Of a DNA stretch of 64,000 bases, positions 29,341-43,200 are shown piece by piece. The notes under the pieces were generated by a model, which saw only the letters and a program-made list of their open reading frames with translations, searched no databases and had not been told where the DNA came from. Each line of letters starts with the position of its first letter. The first letter of the stretch is position 1. The stretch spans positions 26,459,240-26,523,239 of the forward strand of contig OZ316894.1 of assembly GCA_973895155.1 (NCBI GenBank), read 5' to 3'. The stretch comes from Marsupella aquatica. Taxonomy: Eukaryota; Plantae; Marchantiophyta. Position numbers and translations under genes: made by a program.

Positions 29341-29815
29341 TGCTGTGTCCCTTGCGATTGAGAATTACCCTTGCTTTGTTTGAGTAAAATATATTTCCAC
29401 ATGCTCGTGCTCAGCAGGTGTTGGAGTGCCAACTGTACGTGTGAGCTTGAATGAGATCCTCAATGGTCTCTGAATTCTCTGAGTTGCGCTATCTTATTTA
29501 GTCTTACGAGAGATCCATTTCAAGATCTCGTTGTTTGCACTTTCCGCAGGTCATCCTTTTGGCTGTCAAGAGCAAGCGCTGTGCAATGGTGGAACTGGAA
29601 AACGGGGTCGAGTGTACCATCCATATTGAAGAGTGCCTCAAAGGAGGGGAGGAATCAGCAAGATTTGGATTCAGATTTGTTTGCAGCTCATTTCACAGGT
29701 TTTTTGCTTTCTGGAAAGTTTCTGGCATTGAGGATCAGCTAATTAAGTAAGCTGAGCTGAGCTTTTCCCAATCCCAACTGCAGTTTGACTGAGGATTGAT
29801 CGCCTCCCTTATTAC

Positions 29816-29916
29816 AATACTTACCTCAAGACAGCGTTCAGGTGATTCAATTAAAGTGAGGTTATAATACTTACCTCAAGACAGCGTTTCAGGTGATTCA
29901 ATTAAAGTGAGGTTAT
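29816..29916. repeat. Tandem duplication, ~50 bp x2
   Basis: aatacttacctcaagacagcgtt(t)caggtgattcaattaaagtgaggttat at 29816 and 29866. Confidence 0.9.
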
Positions 29917-30203
29917 CACGGAAGGGATCTGACCGCACTACGACTCCGTGAGGACGGTCAATAGCCACAATGATTTGCATCACTCAGTGAAAATCAATGG
30001 GAACGTTCTCAGTGAACGCTTGCTGGCTGGCTCATCACTTGACTCCATGTTCCCTTCGTCTCCACTAAACTGTCATCAAAATAGAGCTTGGCAATTCAGC
30101 TGAGAGGAATGAGGTGAGAGGTGGTCGACATAGGGAACGAGCAAGCCAGGGGGAACGAGATCCGGAAGTGGTGTAGGGTCTGAGGGTGAGTGCATCCTCA
30201 CCG

Positions 30204-30503
30204 CCTTATCTTGTAGCCTTATTAATTTCATAGTTACAATTGGGGTCAAACACAACAACTACCCTTGCTAATGCGCCCACCAAAATGCCTTAATCTGTAG
30301 CCTTATCAAGTTATAATTGGGGTGAGCAATACAACCACCCTTGCTAATGTGTCCACCAAAATGCCTTAATCTGTAACCTTATCAAGTTATAATTGGGGTG
30401 AGCAATACATGGACCCTTGCAACTATGTGTGCCAGAATCCCTTAAGTTGTAGCCTTGTCAGATTCAAACTAACAAATGGGGTTGAAAAGCACACCAACCC
30501 TTG
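30204..30503. repeat. Degenerate minisatellite, ~76-bp unit x~4
   Basis: gccttaatctgta.ccttatcaagttataattggggtgagcaatac...cccttgc recurs with ~76-bp period. Confidence 0.85.
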
Positions 30504-31156
30504 TATCTTCCTCTATCTCGACCTTCCCCCAAAAGTTGCTTTTCAACTGGGCTTGTGTCAACATAGCATTGTCTGGCTCGTCGCTAGTGCTGGTGTGCCT
30601 TGATTCTTTAGGGAGCAAGTGAGTCTCTAGATATGCAAATGTGGGAACCTTCTCTTGTCCTGCCATCCTGGTTGCCAAAACACTCCACCTCAGAGGAATT
30701 CTGGCAAGGTTACATCCAAAAGTTCACCATTATTGACAGACATTCCCTTAGCAGCAAAAGTGAGCCACTATGATGTTGATATTGTTTAGATGTACATTCC
30801 TCAATAGAATGGAGAGTCTCAATGAGTATAGTTTGTGCTCCAACAGCAAATGATGAGTAGCAGAGGAGGAACCACAAATGTAGCCCTCCAACCCTGACCT
30901 GGGGTTGAGCTACTAACCTTCTCCCCTGGTAGTCTTCATTGTCTGCTTCATAATGCACCCACTTGCTTCTTGAGATCTCCTATCATGGATGCTTTAGCTA
31001 TAGCCCATTGTCAGTAGACAGCAACAGTGGCACCATGGGCAAGCCTCGGAAATGACATTCCCAGACAACCACCCAAGGTGTACCTCACATTGAAGATTTG
31101 TGTCTATCCAAGCTCCCACTTCATGATTACCCGCATGATTATCACATAGATGCTGA

Positions 31157-31362
31157 TTACAATAAGGCAAATTGAAGGCGTAGGATTGGGTAATGTAGGA
31201 AGTGTAGGGGTGTGTAGGCGTTGTTCATGTCCATGTTGTCAAGGTTCTTCTCAACATTCAGTCGAAGGGCTTCTCTCGTTGCCTCTTGTTCCGGGCAGCT
31301 CCTCCTGTCATGGCCTCGCTGAGCACACACACCACACTTCTTGGGCAGCCTACACACTTCCT
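31157..31362 (-). pseudogene. CCHC zinc-knuckle exon remnant, probably from a decayed transposon gene
   Basis: KKCGVCAQRGHDRRSCP (Cx2Cx4Hx4C), preceded on the minus strand by an acceptor-like ttctattgcgtag; no intact flanking ORF. Confidence 0.5.
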
Positions 31363-31406
31363 ACGCAATAGAATGCTCCACCTAGCAACAGGTTATTAAG
31401 TATCGC

Positions 31407-32853
31407 ACTGGTGGACCTTGCCACCCAGCGCCCTCACCAATCCCAACACCTACGCCTAAGTGCCCCTAGTGCCCGAATGCCTCCACGAAAGATCTCAAGC
31501 AAGCACTTTGTGGCCCTTGCACCACCAGCGGCCTCTCCCATACAAAGTCGCACTTGCTCTCCAACACGACCGCTACTCAACGGTCCTCACTATCTGCACA
31601 AGCCACCAAGTGTCTTGACAAGTATCCCTTCAGGATCTAGATCTCCCAAGTCTAGCATCCTAACTCAAGAACAACAGACATTGGTAAGTAGGTCAACGAT
31701 AGGTCTTCCCAATGCCATAAATCGGAACCAAAACTGACGCCCGCTATTTGTCCAAAACAACTCTTTCCTTGGTCGCATCCCGGGTTCCCCCTCATACCTA
31801 TCCATCACCAACTGACCGCCCTGCCCCAAGGACATGTTCATTTCCTAATTAGCGTAGCTTGTCCTAAAGCTTGTCCCTACATGTCGGGACCAGAATGGCC
31901 CCGACTTTAGCAACCAACTCCCGGTTCTCGCCCCGCTGATGGTCTAGGGCCAAGTGCCCTTGTAACTCAACCTCCACGCCTACTTGGCCTTGCCTCCCTA
32001 ATGCAAGCTCCCTTGAGAGACTGAACGCGGCATGGTTGCTGTTTCAATAGGATTTGGCAAGCGGGCGAGATAACACTCTCAAACCGTGAGAACCTATGGC
32101 ACCCCAAGACCCAGCTGAGCTCAAGAGGATGTAGCCCTCCTTGAGAGATTTCCAATGCACCCAAGAAGTCCTCCAATGAACTTCCCGTTGGGAAGTTATC
32201 GTCGTTTCTGTTTGACATTTTTCCTTAGTGTCGCGACCGCCGTGACTCATGACTTCGGCTCGCCCTTAGCCCCCACGGAGACACCACTCCCCTCATATAT
32301 GCTTCTAGAGACCTACCACCCCTGGACCAATGTTGGTCCCCAAAATTTTGGCCCCCAAGCTTGACCCTATCCCACATGTCTGGGCGCGCCACCAACTGGC
32401 AACGCCCATAACTTCCTAGTTAGGCCCGTTGCGATTGGACCGACCCAGTGCTCATGCCTAGGCCCTCGGGTCTCATCACCACTTAGGGCCCCCGATCGGG
32501 CCATAACTCGCGCCCCAAGCATCCGTTGCCCATGGAGTCAACTCCATTGGCCTTGGGCCCAAGAGGAGCTCTTACTCAAGCCCTCAAAACTCAAAGTCCA
32601 TCCGGGGTCTGAACGGTTGACCTTGAGCCCGGTTCTTTTCCCCCTGACCCGACCAGCTCTCAGCTAGTCTAGGTCCTTAGTGCGTGTCACCAGCTTGGCC
32701 CCTTGCCTTTGCTAGTGCCACGTCTCATTGCCCACAAGTCTCCCCATGCTAAGTCCTCCCCGGATGGCCTATCCGGGCCTGGACCATAAGGGAGCTCGAT
32801 GTTGGAGTCAGCCACTCCAAAGCTAAGTGTTAAGGTAGTCAAGTTTTGCGATT
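31407..32853 (-). mobile_element. AGT...ACT element copy 1 (most diverged); putative solo LTR
   Basis: Homologous along its length to copies 2-4; termini decayed to ACT.../...ATT; TSD atcgc (31402-31406) / gtcgc (32854-32858), 4/5 match. Strand inferred from LTR-like 5' end. Confidence 0.8.
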
Positions 32854-34591
32854 GTCGCCCTCGGCCTGAGGTAGATCAGGTGCGCTGCAGGGACGTAAGA
32901 CGCATCCGAACAGCCAACACAGCCAACACCTCTAAAAAATTCCCCTGAATAGAATGCAGGACCGCAGTGTTTTTGCCATGAAAAATGAGGGCAAGAAGAT
33001 GCAACCTGAAATGATGGCATAGGGTGCCAACTGTGTTGCACCTCTGTGTGTAAACCCTAGGAGCGAAGACAGCCCATGTTGAACATTGCAGCGGCTAGGG
33101 ATTGAGAGCGAACTGCCGAAAGTGGGGAGGCAAATGTGTAAACATTTGCGAGGATGTTTCCTTCCTAAAAATGGGGCTGGCTTTTCCTTTGTAAAAACGG
33201 AGGTGGTGTGTCGATGCTGCATAGTCGGGTGGGCTGCGTTTCATGACAGGGGCACATAAGGTCTGTGCTTCCTCCCGGGTCGGGCTAGGAAGGGGCTGGG
33301 AAGGGGCTGGGAAGAGTCGAGCTGGGAAGAGTCGGGCTGGGAAGGGGCTAGGAATAGTCGCGGAGGGCTGCGCTTCATCCCAGGTCAATCGCAAAGCAAA
33401 GCCCAGGCTTAACACTTGTCCAACACTAGTCTTGTCTAGGCAATATGTTTACAAAGTGAAACTGTCCGCAATGCGAAGATACAATTTTCTGAATAGATGT
33501 GTTCCTTTGTATTTCTCCTTCCAGACCCTATATCGTGCACTCCTACCATTAAGACTAGCAATTGGCCATGGGATATTGTTTTTTTCATGAATCATAGGAT
33601 CAAGACTAATCTTACCCCGACATGTCCTTAACAAGTAAATCTGGTGAGTCATTAACCTTATTTTGTAAGAAGAGAACAAGAGTGTACATCACTTGTTGAC
33701 GTCCAGAAAAGTCCATCTGGATAATATGTTCCATACTTAGCCTTATTACTAAAATGGAGGAATTGTCAAGGAGAGGGGGGGGTGAATTGTCACCTGTAAA
33801 GGACATTATTGGATCCAATGGGAGAAGAAACTTTTGGGTTGTACTGTCCCGTGACATCCACCATAATGCAAATTGGGATAAACACCTAGATATACAAAAG
33901 TATCAATTTGCTTTAGGTTGTCACATTGGTAAGCAAAGACTTTGACTGGATATCTCTTGTGTACATGAGATTTGGAAGGATTCTTCCAATCTGATTTAGT
34001 CCACATCGTTCTCACTTGAATCAGAGACATTGTCATGGAGTTTCAATTTAAGGGACGGCCTGAATGCCCATTCTTTCAATATTAATAGAAATGATCAAAA
34101 TTTAAAAATCATCACACACATCATCTTTTTGACATTCATAATGTCTCATCCTTTTGTTCCATCTATCTACACATTATAATATGACATCTTGCCAAATCTT
34201 GGGATTGTCTGCTTACAAAAAAGTGAGAAGGCAGGATTTATTCCAAACCATCGGAGATAACATGTTAATTTTCTTGATTGTTAGATTGTCGAAAATAAGG
34301 AAAGGGATCACAAGCACCATGTACGTATTCCTATACGGAGAGCCCGTGGGCTTGTGTGAGTCAGCATTGGGTCAAGTACAAGGAGGTGCCAAGGGTGGGG
34401 AGATGGAGTGTTGCACATGTAGGCAAGGTCCAATTTAAAAAGAAAACAATCAATATAAATATTTTTTGGGTATCATCACATCTCTCAAAACAAACTCACA
34501 ATGGGTAAACTCAAACCAACACTTGGTAGTATGAAATAATGTAATTAATGAGAAAGAAAGTACAAGTAAAGGTACTTACAAAAGCATCTTA

Positions 34592-35555
34592 TCTTCTACT
34601 ACTATAATAAAGAATCCCGCCAATTTTTGTCCATCATCCCGGTACAAAAATGAAAAAAGAGGTTCTTGGATTGAGTGAGATGGATACCTGAAATTGGCTC
34701 TAAGTTATAATACAAGATAAGTATACTATGTCATAGAGTACTTGAATGTGTTACTATAGTTAATTTATAGCTTGCTTATAGTACTTTTTGGCATGGAGCA
34801 TTAAAATGGAAGTACTTTTTGGCATAGAGCATGAAAGTGAAAAGATTTACTGGAGATAAGGGTTTTTGGCAGGGAGCAAGCACTAAGGGGAAGTAAAGTA
34901 GATTGACATTACATTATTTTGGCGTTTGCTCTTAAAAAGGAGATTTAATTTTTTGGAAGTTAGTTAATTTTTAGTTAACTCGCGACTTGTGTGGACCCCC
35001 AATTTCTATGTGCAATGCACAGGTTATAAAACACCACATACCACAACAACTTTACCTTACCTAAGTGACATCTTTCTCTCATCTTGCCATTTTTTCTCAC
35101 ATTCACATCTTTATCTCACCATGACATTTTTTCTCACCTTTGATATTTTTTCTCTGCTTGACATCTTTTCTCACCTAGCTTGACATCTTTTCCTCAACTT
35201 GACATCTTACCTTTTGCTCACCTTGACATCTTTATCTCACTACAATATCTTTACATATTTTTGTCTTCCTCACCTCAACATCTCTTTCTCTCATTGACAT
35301 CTTTTTCACCTCAACATCTTTACCTCACCCCTTATCTTTGCCTCTCCTTGACATCTTGCCCTTGCCTCGACATCTTTCTCTCACCTCCCTATCTTTTCCT
35401 CACCTGTAAATCTTGCCCTCACCTCAACATCTTTGACTCGCCTCAAAATCTTGCCCTCTCCTTGACATCTTGCCCTCGCCTCAATATCTTTGCCTCTCCT
35501 CGACATCTTGCTCTCATTTCAAAATCTTTTATGCAACGCACGGGCATCAGGCTAG
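34592..35555 (+). mobile_element. Non-autonomous Helitron
   Basis: 5' A|TCTTCTACTACTATAATAAAG; 3' decayed hairpin tttatgcaacgcacggg then catcaggCTAG|T; internal (ctcaccttgacatctt)-type minisatellite; no TSD. Confidence 0.8.
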
Positions 35556-36299
35556 TTAGTTATTAAGAGGGGTAGTGCACAAGATTCATTCTCATGTATT
35601 TTTTTATTTTGATTTTATGATATCCATTGTTTTAAGAGGGAATGAGAACACCCTCGTATTTGTGTGGGTTTTTTAATAATTATGTGCATTTTGAAAAGTC
35701 TATGTGGAGACAACATCACTCTTGCTACAACACCTTTGTGTCACAAAATTTCATGTTTTATTGCACCTTTTTCTATCTATAATTTTTTGTACCAATCATA
35801 TTTCGCATGGATAACACCTAGCGCGGAATCCGACTTTTGTGTATTTTTATCACACTCTTTTTGGATCACAATTTTCAGTATCAACTACATTCTTGATTTT
35901 GTATGCAATTTCCATCTCTTCCCCGTCCCAACAATTCATGCTTGAAAGTTCATTTAAATAATCATTTTTGCATGCACAATTTCCCTTTGACAATCTTGCT
36001 AACGCTAACAACGCTAACAACACTTCCCCAGCTAGAAGAGTGCTTTTGCTAATAAACAATTATTCTCAACAACTTTAAGTTTTACATGACAACACTTATG
36101 CATGACAACACTGACGGGTCATTTGGGTCAACTTCAAGCTTCTGGCTATGGAGTTTAAGCCCTAGGGACTGGTTTTGCACCACTTCAACTACCCTTTCGC
36201 ACTCACTTCTTCACGGAATCCAATTTTCTCAATTGCATTAGCTTGCTCTTGTCAAGGCGCATCAAATTGATATAAAACACGTCACAAATGGTGTAGTAT

Positions 36300-37792
36300 A
36301 GTGGTGGACCTTGCCACCCAGCGCCCTCACCAATCCCAACACTCAGGCCTAAGTGCCCTTGGTGCCCGAACGTCTCCATGGAATACCCCGAGCAAGTACC
36401 CTAGTGCTCTTTGCATCCCCTGCGGCCCCTCCCATACGAAGCCGCACTTGCTCACCTACATAACCGCCATTCAACGGCCCTCACTGTCTGCACAAGCAAC
36501 CAAGCACCTCGGTAAGTAACCCTTTAGGATCTAGAACTCGCCAAGTCTAGCATCCTAACTCAAGCTCACAGACATTGGTAAATAGGTCAGTGATAGGTCC
36601 TCCCGATGCCATAAGCCAAAACTAGAACCCACGCTCACTGTTCGTCCAGAACAGCTCCTTCCTTGGGTGCGGACTGGGTTCCCCCTCGTACCTATCCATC
36701 ACCAACTGACCGCCCTGACCCCAGGACATGTTCATGGCCCAAATAGCGTAGCTTGTCCTAAAGCTTGTCCCAAGCTTGTCCCAACACGCGGGGGCCAGAA
36801 CGGCCCTGACTCTAGCAACCAACTCCCGGTTCGCCCCACTGATGGTCTAGGGGCCGAGCACCTTTGGAACTCAGCCTCCACACCTACTTGGCCTTGCCTC
36901 CCCAATGCAAGCTCCCTTGGGAGACTGAACGTGGCTTGGCTACTGTTCGGCAGGATTTGGCAAACGGGCAAGCTAACACCCGCAAACCACGAGAATCCCT
37001 GGCACCCCCAGACCCAGCTGATCTCAGGAGGGCGTAGCCCTCCTCAAGAGCTTTCCAATGCACCCAAGAAATACTCCAACGGACTTCACGTTGGAAAGAT
37101 ATCGCCATTTCTATTTGGTGGTTTCCCTTAGTGTCGCGACCGCCATGACTCATGACTTCGGCTCGCCCTTAGCCCCCAGGGGGACACCACTCCCCTCATA
37201 TATGCTTTTGGAGGCCTGCCATCCCCGGACCAGCTTTGGTCCCTAAACATTTGGCCCCCAACCCGGATCCTATCGCGCATAACGGGCGCGCCACCAACTG
37301 GCAACGCCCATAACTTTCCCGTTAGGCATCCACAAGCGGAGTGCTTTAGCCCATTGTGATCGGGCCAACCCAATGCTCAAGCCTGGCCCTCAGGTCTCAT
37401 TGTCGCTCCAGGCCCCCAACCGACCCAACTTGGATGGGGCCATAACTTGCGCCCCAAGCGTCTGTTGCCCATGGTGTCAACTCCATTGGCCTTGGGCCCA
37501 AGAGGAGCTCACACTCAAGCCCTCAAAATTCAAAGTCCATCCGGAGGTCCGGACGGCCATCCTTGAGCCCGGCCCATTTCCCCTTGACCCGACCAACTAT
37601 CAGCTAGTCCCAGTCCTTAGTGTGTGTCCCCAGCTTGGCTCCTTGCCTCACTAGTGCCACGTCTCATTGCCCACAAGTCTCCCCATGCTAAGTCCTCCCT
37701 GGATGGCCTATCCGGGCCTGGACCATAAGGGAGCTCGGCGTTGAAGTTAGCGATGCCGGAGCTAAGTGTTAAGGTAGTCGAGTTCCGCAACT
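36300..37792 (-). mobile_element. AGT...ACT element copy 2; putative solo LTR
   Basis: Starts AGTGGTGGACCTTGCC, ends GAGTTCCGCAACT; exact 5-bp TSD AGTAT (36295-36299 / 37793-37797). Confidence 0.88.
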
Positions 37793-38718
37793 AGTATCGA
37801 CATACTTATGGTTACATTCATTTTTGACATTTTTCTGTACTTTTTATGCAATTTTTGCCTTCATTTTGATGGGCATATCTTGGTCAATCTTTAACGGACT
37901 CAGGATTTCTCAAGTGCTTTGGATAGCTTTTTTTTGGGAAAATCAGATTGATCCCAAGAGCGGTCCAATTGGTCTCATATTGCCCCAATTGGAACTTTCA
38001 GAATTAGATTTCGCATTTTTTCCTCAATTTCAACCGTACTCTCTTTCAATTAGCTTTGGAATCCTATCTCAGTGCCTCGTTGAAGGAATCAGACACACAT
38101 GTGATTTGACCAGCTCTTGTCCGGGAGTGCAACGTCTATCCTTGCGGTCCCTTTGGTGACATATCAACCTTGTTCTGCTCCGATTATGGTTACAATTTTC
38201 TCCCCAATTTTTGGTGACGGTTTCCCTTGATCAACTTTGGAGCATTCCTGTATTGCCATGATTCTCCTCCAATTGGTTGTTGTCTGTCTTCTTCAATTCC
38301 GGCAGGGTGGCCTTTTGCCAAGTTTTGTAGACCATTTTGTATTCCACCATCTTCGGGAGCTGTAGCTGCACGTGCTCAATGGTTTCCTAGGCTAGCGGTG
38401 GTGCCGTTTCTTGGATTAACGCAGTGGGCTCCCTCCATAGCCTTCCCTTTCTTTTCACATGTCTTGGTTGGGCCTTTTGTTGCTTCTTGATGCGCTTTTG
38501 CTTTTATTGGGTTGCAACCTGTCATGTCTACGTTGAGAGTGTTGGCGCGGGGCAAGCGCCAAACCCCACCACACACTCTCCCCCTCCTCCCCTCGCCCCA
38601 TGGTCGCCTTCATGTTTGCTCTTCTTCATTGGATCTCTCTCATGTTTGTGATGACCCCGTGCCTGTTGCTCTGCCAGTCCCCCCAGTCTACTGCCCACCC
38701 CATCGTCGCCTTGGCTCC

Positions 38719-40198
38719 AGTGGTGGACCTCGCCACCTAGCGCCCTCGCCAATCCCAGCACTTGCGCCTAAGTGCCCTTGGTGCCCGAATGCCTCCACGG
38801 AATACCTCGAGCAAGCCTCCAAATGCCTCTAGCACCACCCGCGGCCACTCCCATACGAAGCCGCACTTGCTCACCTACACGGCCGCTACTCACCGGTCCT
38901 CATTGTCTGCACAAGCAACCAAGCACCTCGGTAAGTAACCCCACCGGATCTAGAACTCGCCAAGTCTAGCATCCTAACTCAAGCTCAACAGACGTTGGTA
39001 AATAGGTCAGCGATAGGTCCTCCCAATGCCATAAGCCGGAACCAAAACCCACGCCCACTGTCCGTCCAGGACAGCTCCTTCCTTGGGCGCAGCCCGGGTT
39101 CCCCCTCGTATCCATCACCAACTGACCGCCCTGACCTCAAGACATGCTCATGGCCCAAATAGCGTAGCTTGTCCTACAGCTTGTCCCAAGCTTGTCTCAA
39201 CACGCCGGGACCATAACGGCCCTGACTCTAACACCGACTCCCGGTTTGCCCCACTGCTGGTCTAGGGACCGAGCGCCCTCAGGACTCAGCCTCCATACCT
39301 ACTTGGCCTTGCCACCCCAACGCAAGCTCCCTTGGGAGGCTGAACGCGGCTTGGCTGCTGTTCAGCAGGATTTGGCAAACGGGCAAGCTAACACCCGTAA
39401 ACCACGAGAATCCATGGCACCTCCAGACCCAGCTGAGCTCAGGAGGGCGTAGCCCTCTTCAAGAGCTTTCCAACAAACTCAAGAAGTCCTCCAACGGAAG
39501 GAGATATCGCCATTTCCGTTTGCCGGTTTCCTTTAGTGTCACGACCGCCGCGGCTCACGACTTCGGCTCGCCCTTAGCCCCCAGGGAGACACCACTCCCC
39601 TCATATATGCTTCTGGAGACCTGCCACCCCCGGACCAGCTTTGGTCCCGAAACATTTGGCCCCCAACCCGGATCCCATCGCGCATAATGGACGCGCCACC
39701 AACTGGCAACGCCCATAACTTTCTTGATAGGCATCCGCAAGCGGAGTGCCTTAGCCCGTTGGGCCCGGGCCGACCCAGTGCTCATGCCTAGGCCCTCAAG
39801 TCTGATCGCCGCTCGGGGCCCCCAACCGGCCCAACCCGGCTCGGGCCACAACTTGTGCCCCAAGCGTCCGTTGCCAATGGCGTCAACTCCATTGGCCTTG
39901 GGCCCAAGAGGAGCTCACTTCCAAGCCCTCAGAACTCAAAGTCCATCCGACGGTCTGGACGGCCATCCATGAGCCCGGCCCATTTCCCCTTGACCCGACC
40001 AGCCATAGGCTAGTCCAAGTCCTTAGTTTGTGTCCCCAGCTTGGCCCCTTGCCTCGCCAGTGCCACGTCTCATTTCCCGCAAGTCTCCCCATGCTAAGTC
40101 CTCCCCGGATGGCCTATCCGGGCCTGGACCATAAGGGAGCTCGGCGTCAGAGTCAGCGACGCCGGAGCTAAGTGTTAAGGTAGTCGAGTTCCGTGACT
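38719..40198 (-). mobile_element. AGT...ACT element copy 3; putative solo LTR, inserted in the 5' part of the CRE-like element
   Basis: Starts AGTGGTGGACCTCGCC, ends GAGTTCCGTGACT; exact 5-bp TSD GCTCC (38714-38718 / 40199-40203). Confidence 0.88.
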
Positions 40199-40203
40199 GC
40201 TCC

Positions 40204-43200
40204 TCTCCACACCCGATACCCTCTCCACCCCTCTAGCATCCCCCTCTGGCCTCTTCGTCCATGTTTGTTCCACCCCCACCTCCCGTCCAGTCTTTCCTTG
40301 CTCCCTCCCCAGACAAGCATCCCTTGCATACTTGCCCTGACTATGGATGGGTTAGTATCTCCCTCCCTGGTCATCACGGGCGGGGCCGGTGCCAACATTG
40401 CCAGCAAGCATAATCCCAACCTCAGCCCCCTCTTGACCTTGTTAGCGGTGCCCCTCCCTCCTTGGAGACTTCTAAGCAGGCATGGAGTTGGGTTCACACT
40501 CTAGACCCCTTTCCACCCTACCATCCAGGGTACAATAGACCTCGCCTTTATAACCACATCCCATTAGTGTTGCGCCCATTAGTTGGTCATCCTTGTTGCA
40601 ACTCATGCAGCTCATGTTGGCGCATCCTATAGAGGTCTTCTATTGGTCTTTAGTCATGTTTTTTCACATCATTTTCTGCCGGGAGATTGGGAACAGCTTC
40701 AGGAAGAGTACTTTCTTTGAGCCCGTTCCTTGACCCCCCCGTGCTTTGTCTGATCCAGCTTGCCACTCTCATCCTCCAAAACATAGACACCTTTGTCGCT
40801 CTTATCATTTAGCCCAGGCCGATGAATATCATCATGCTATCCAGGCCCTTTCTCCCACCACACCAAGCCCCCCTAGCGAGGTCACCTTGACGGCCCTTCT
40901 GGATCTCCATCCTCAGCCCTATGATCAACTCCCTTTGTTCGTGGAGGATTTTGAGCCCGAGGAGGATCTTTAGTTTAGTAGGGACCACTTGACTTATGCC
41001 TTCCTCCATGCCTCGCGTTGCGTGGCTAGTGGCCCCTCTGGCTATGTCTTTGAGCATTTTCATGATTTATTCCCCCTGAGGATCCTCAATCTGATTTTCC
41101 AGTTTTCTTCTCCTTCTGCCAATGGATTGCAGCCGGCCGTTTGCCTCCTCCCGTCTCTTGGCTTTTGAGTGCTTCTCGTTTATTGGACATGGCTAAGTCT
41201 TCATTGGGTGTCCGGCCCATAGCTATTGGAGAGGTTTTTCTTCGTCTTGTGTCTCGCACACTTTTGTTGCAGTATTGCTTTGCACTATCGGATCATATCT
41301 CTCCACATCAATTTGCAGTGGGCGTTCTTGGCGGTTGTGAGAAGGTTATTGTAGGCATTTGCGCTACCTTGGACCTCCACCCTGATTGGGTTGTCCTCTA
41401 GGTTGATGTCTCTAATGCTTTCAATACGGTTTCTCGGGCAATAATTTTTTGTGCTTTGAGGGCGGCAAATCCAGACATCCAGACCCTTATCCCCTTTGTC
41501 CATTTTTTTTATGGACTTGAGGCCCCTCTCTTCTATAGTCATCACACCTCTATAGGAGTATGTATCACTCTTTCTTCTGTAGAAGGAACACGTCAGGGTG
41601 ACCCTTTGGGTGGGTCTCTTTTTGCCATTGCCCATTTTATAGCTTTACAGGAAGCCTCTGTGGCCCACCCCCGGTGTATCTTCCCCCCCCCCTTTCAGAT
41701 GACACCCACATCACCGGTCCACCCGCAGCGGTTATTTGTGCCTTTGCCACCCTTTCCACCCATTTGTTGGGCCTCGGTTTACGGGTTCAGCCTGTGAAGA
41801 GTCCTGCATGGAGTCTAGCTGGGTTACCCTTTGATCTTGTGGTTCCCCTTGGGTTCTTACGTCCAACCGACAATCTTTGGGTCCTTGGCTCCCCAGTCGG
41901 TACCATCTCCTTTTGTCATCTTTCATTGCTGACGCTCTGTAGACTACCTTAGCCCCTACTCCTATGCTCTCTAAGTAAGCAGATTCTTAGGCAACATTTG
42001 GGTTGTTGTTGAGATGCATCCACACTCATGCGTCTTATTTGGGTAGGACCCATCCCCCTATCAAGGATCTTTATCTACACGTACCTCCGAGCGTTTGATG
42101 TCTCCATTTGTGAGAATTTGGCCTCTCTTTTAGGGCCAAGTACTTTGCTCTCATCTCTGTGGCTTCATCGATAGCTCAGTCTTCCTATTTCCCAAGGTGG
42201 TTTTGGGCTTACTTCCATTGAGTGCCTTGCACCTTTGGCCTTTTTGGGCGCATGGGTGGCCACCTCCTCATTATTGGCAGATTGTTTCCTTACTGAGGAT
42301 CAATCTTTTTAAATTTTGTCTCTCATAGAGGTAGAGGAGGGTTCCCTCCCATTTAAGGTTCATTTGCGCGCAGCGCGGTCATCATTATCAGATCCTATTC
42401 GAGCTACGTTACCTTCATTTCAGGAGTTTTTATCCTTGGACCCCGTCCGTCTTCAGGCAAACCTTGTTGGTCGTATGCACGCTTTCACCCTCTCCAGCAT
42501 CCTCACCAAGGCACTTGACACGGACCAAGCTCGGATCTTGGCTCGAATTCTTTCTTCTAGAGGGAAGGGCGCAGGAGGATGGCTTTCAAGTCAATCCAAT
42601 CATTCCTCATCTACGGATGTCTTCAACAGAGTTTTTGACAACCATGCGTTTTCATAAGAGGCTACCCCACCCATTTCTTGCTAGTTTATCTCCTTCTTGC
42701 ACTTGTGGGAAGCCTTGTGATGCCACTGGTGTCCATCTTCTTTGGTGCAGTTTGGGAGGCAAAACCATTTTTCTTCACGATGTTGTGAGAGATGCGATTG
42801 CTCAGGTTCTCTCTGGCTCTTTGGTCTGCATGCGGCGAGAGGTGGTGCTTGAGTTACCTGGTCCTCCATCACAGCGGTTACGGGTGGATCTTACCATGGT
42901 TCATGAGGGTCAACGTACTTTGGCAGATGTAGTGGTGGCAAACCCATTGTGCCAAGACATCATTGGGACAACGACAACAACGACAGGGGCAACGGCATCA
43001 TGAGCAACAACAACAAAGGAGGCCAAATATGTTGCACAAGCTTCATTTGATAGTTTTCGCCCCCTTGCTCTTGAGATATTTGGGCATCTCCATCATCAAT
43101 TCAATGGGCTTCTTCGATAAGCTGCTCGGGATGTTCATGGCCCCATGGGTCCCACTGAACCCCTGCTATATGTGTTGACCATGCACTTTCACCAACGCAT

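Noticed and set aside
29816-29880. U1 snRNA 5' end (ATACTTACCT)
   Set aside because: The match stops after 10 nt with no U1 stem-loops or Sm site; it is just the reverse complement of a splice-donor-like sequence inside a tandem duplication.
35180-35566. 128-aa Leu/Ser/Pro-rich ORF
   Set aside because: Translation of the Helitron-internal acatctt minisatellite.
36301-37654. Short ORFs recurring inside the AG..CT elements (e.g. MVDLATQRPHQSQH..., MSHGGRDTK...)
   Set aside because: They recur only because the DNA is repeated; starts, stops and frames differ among copies and no RT or transposase motif is convincing.
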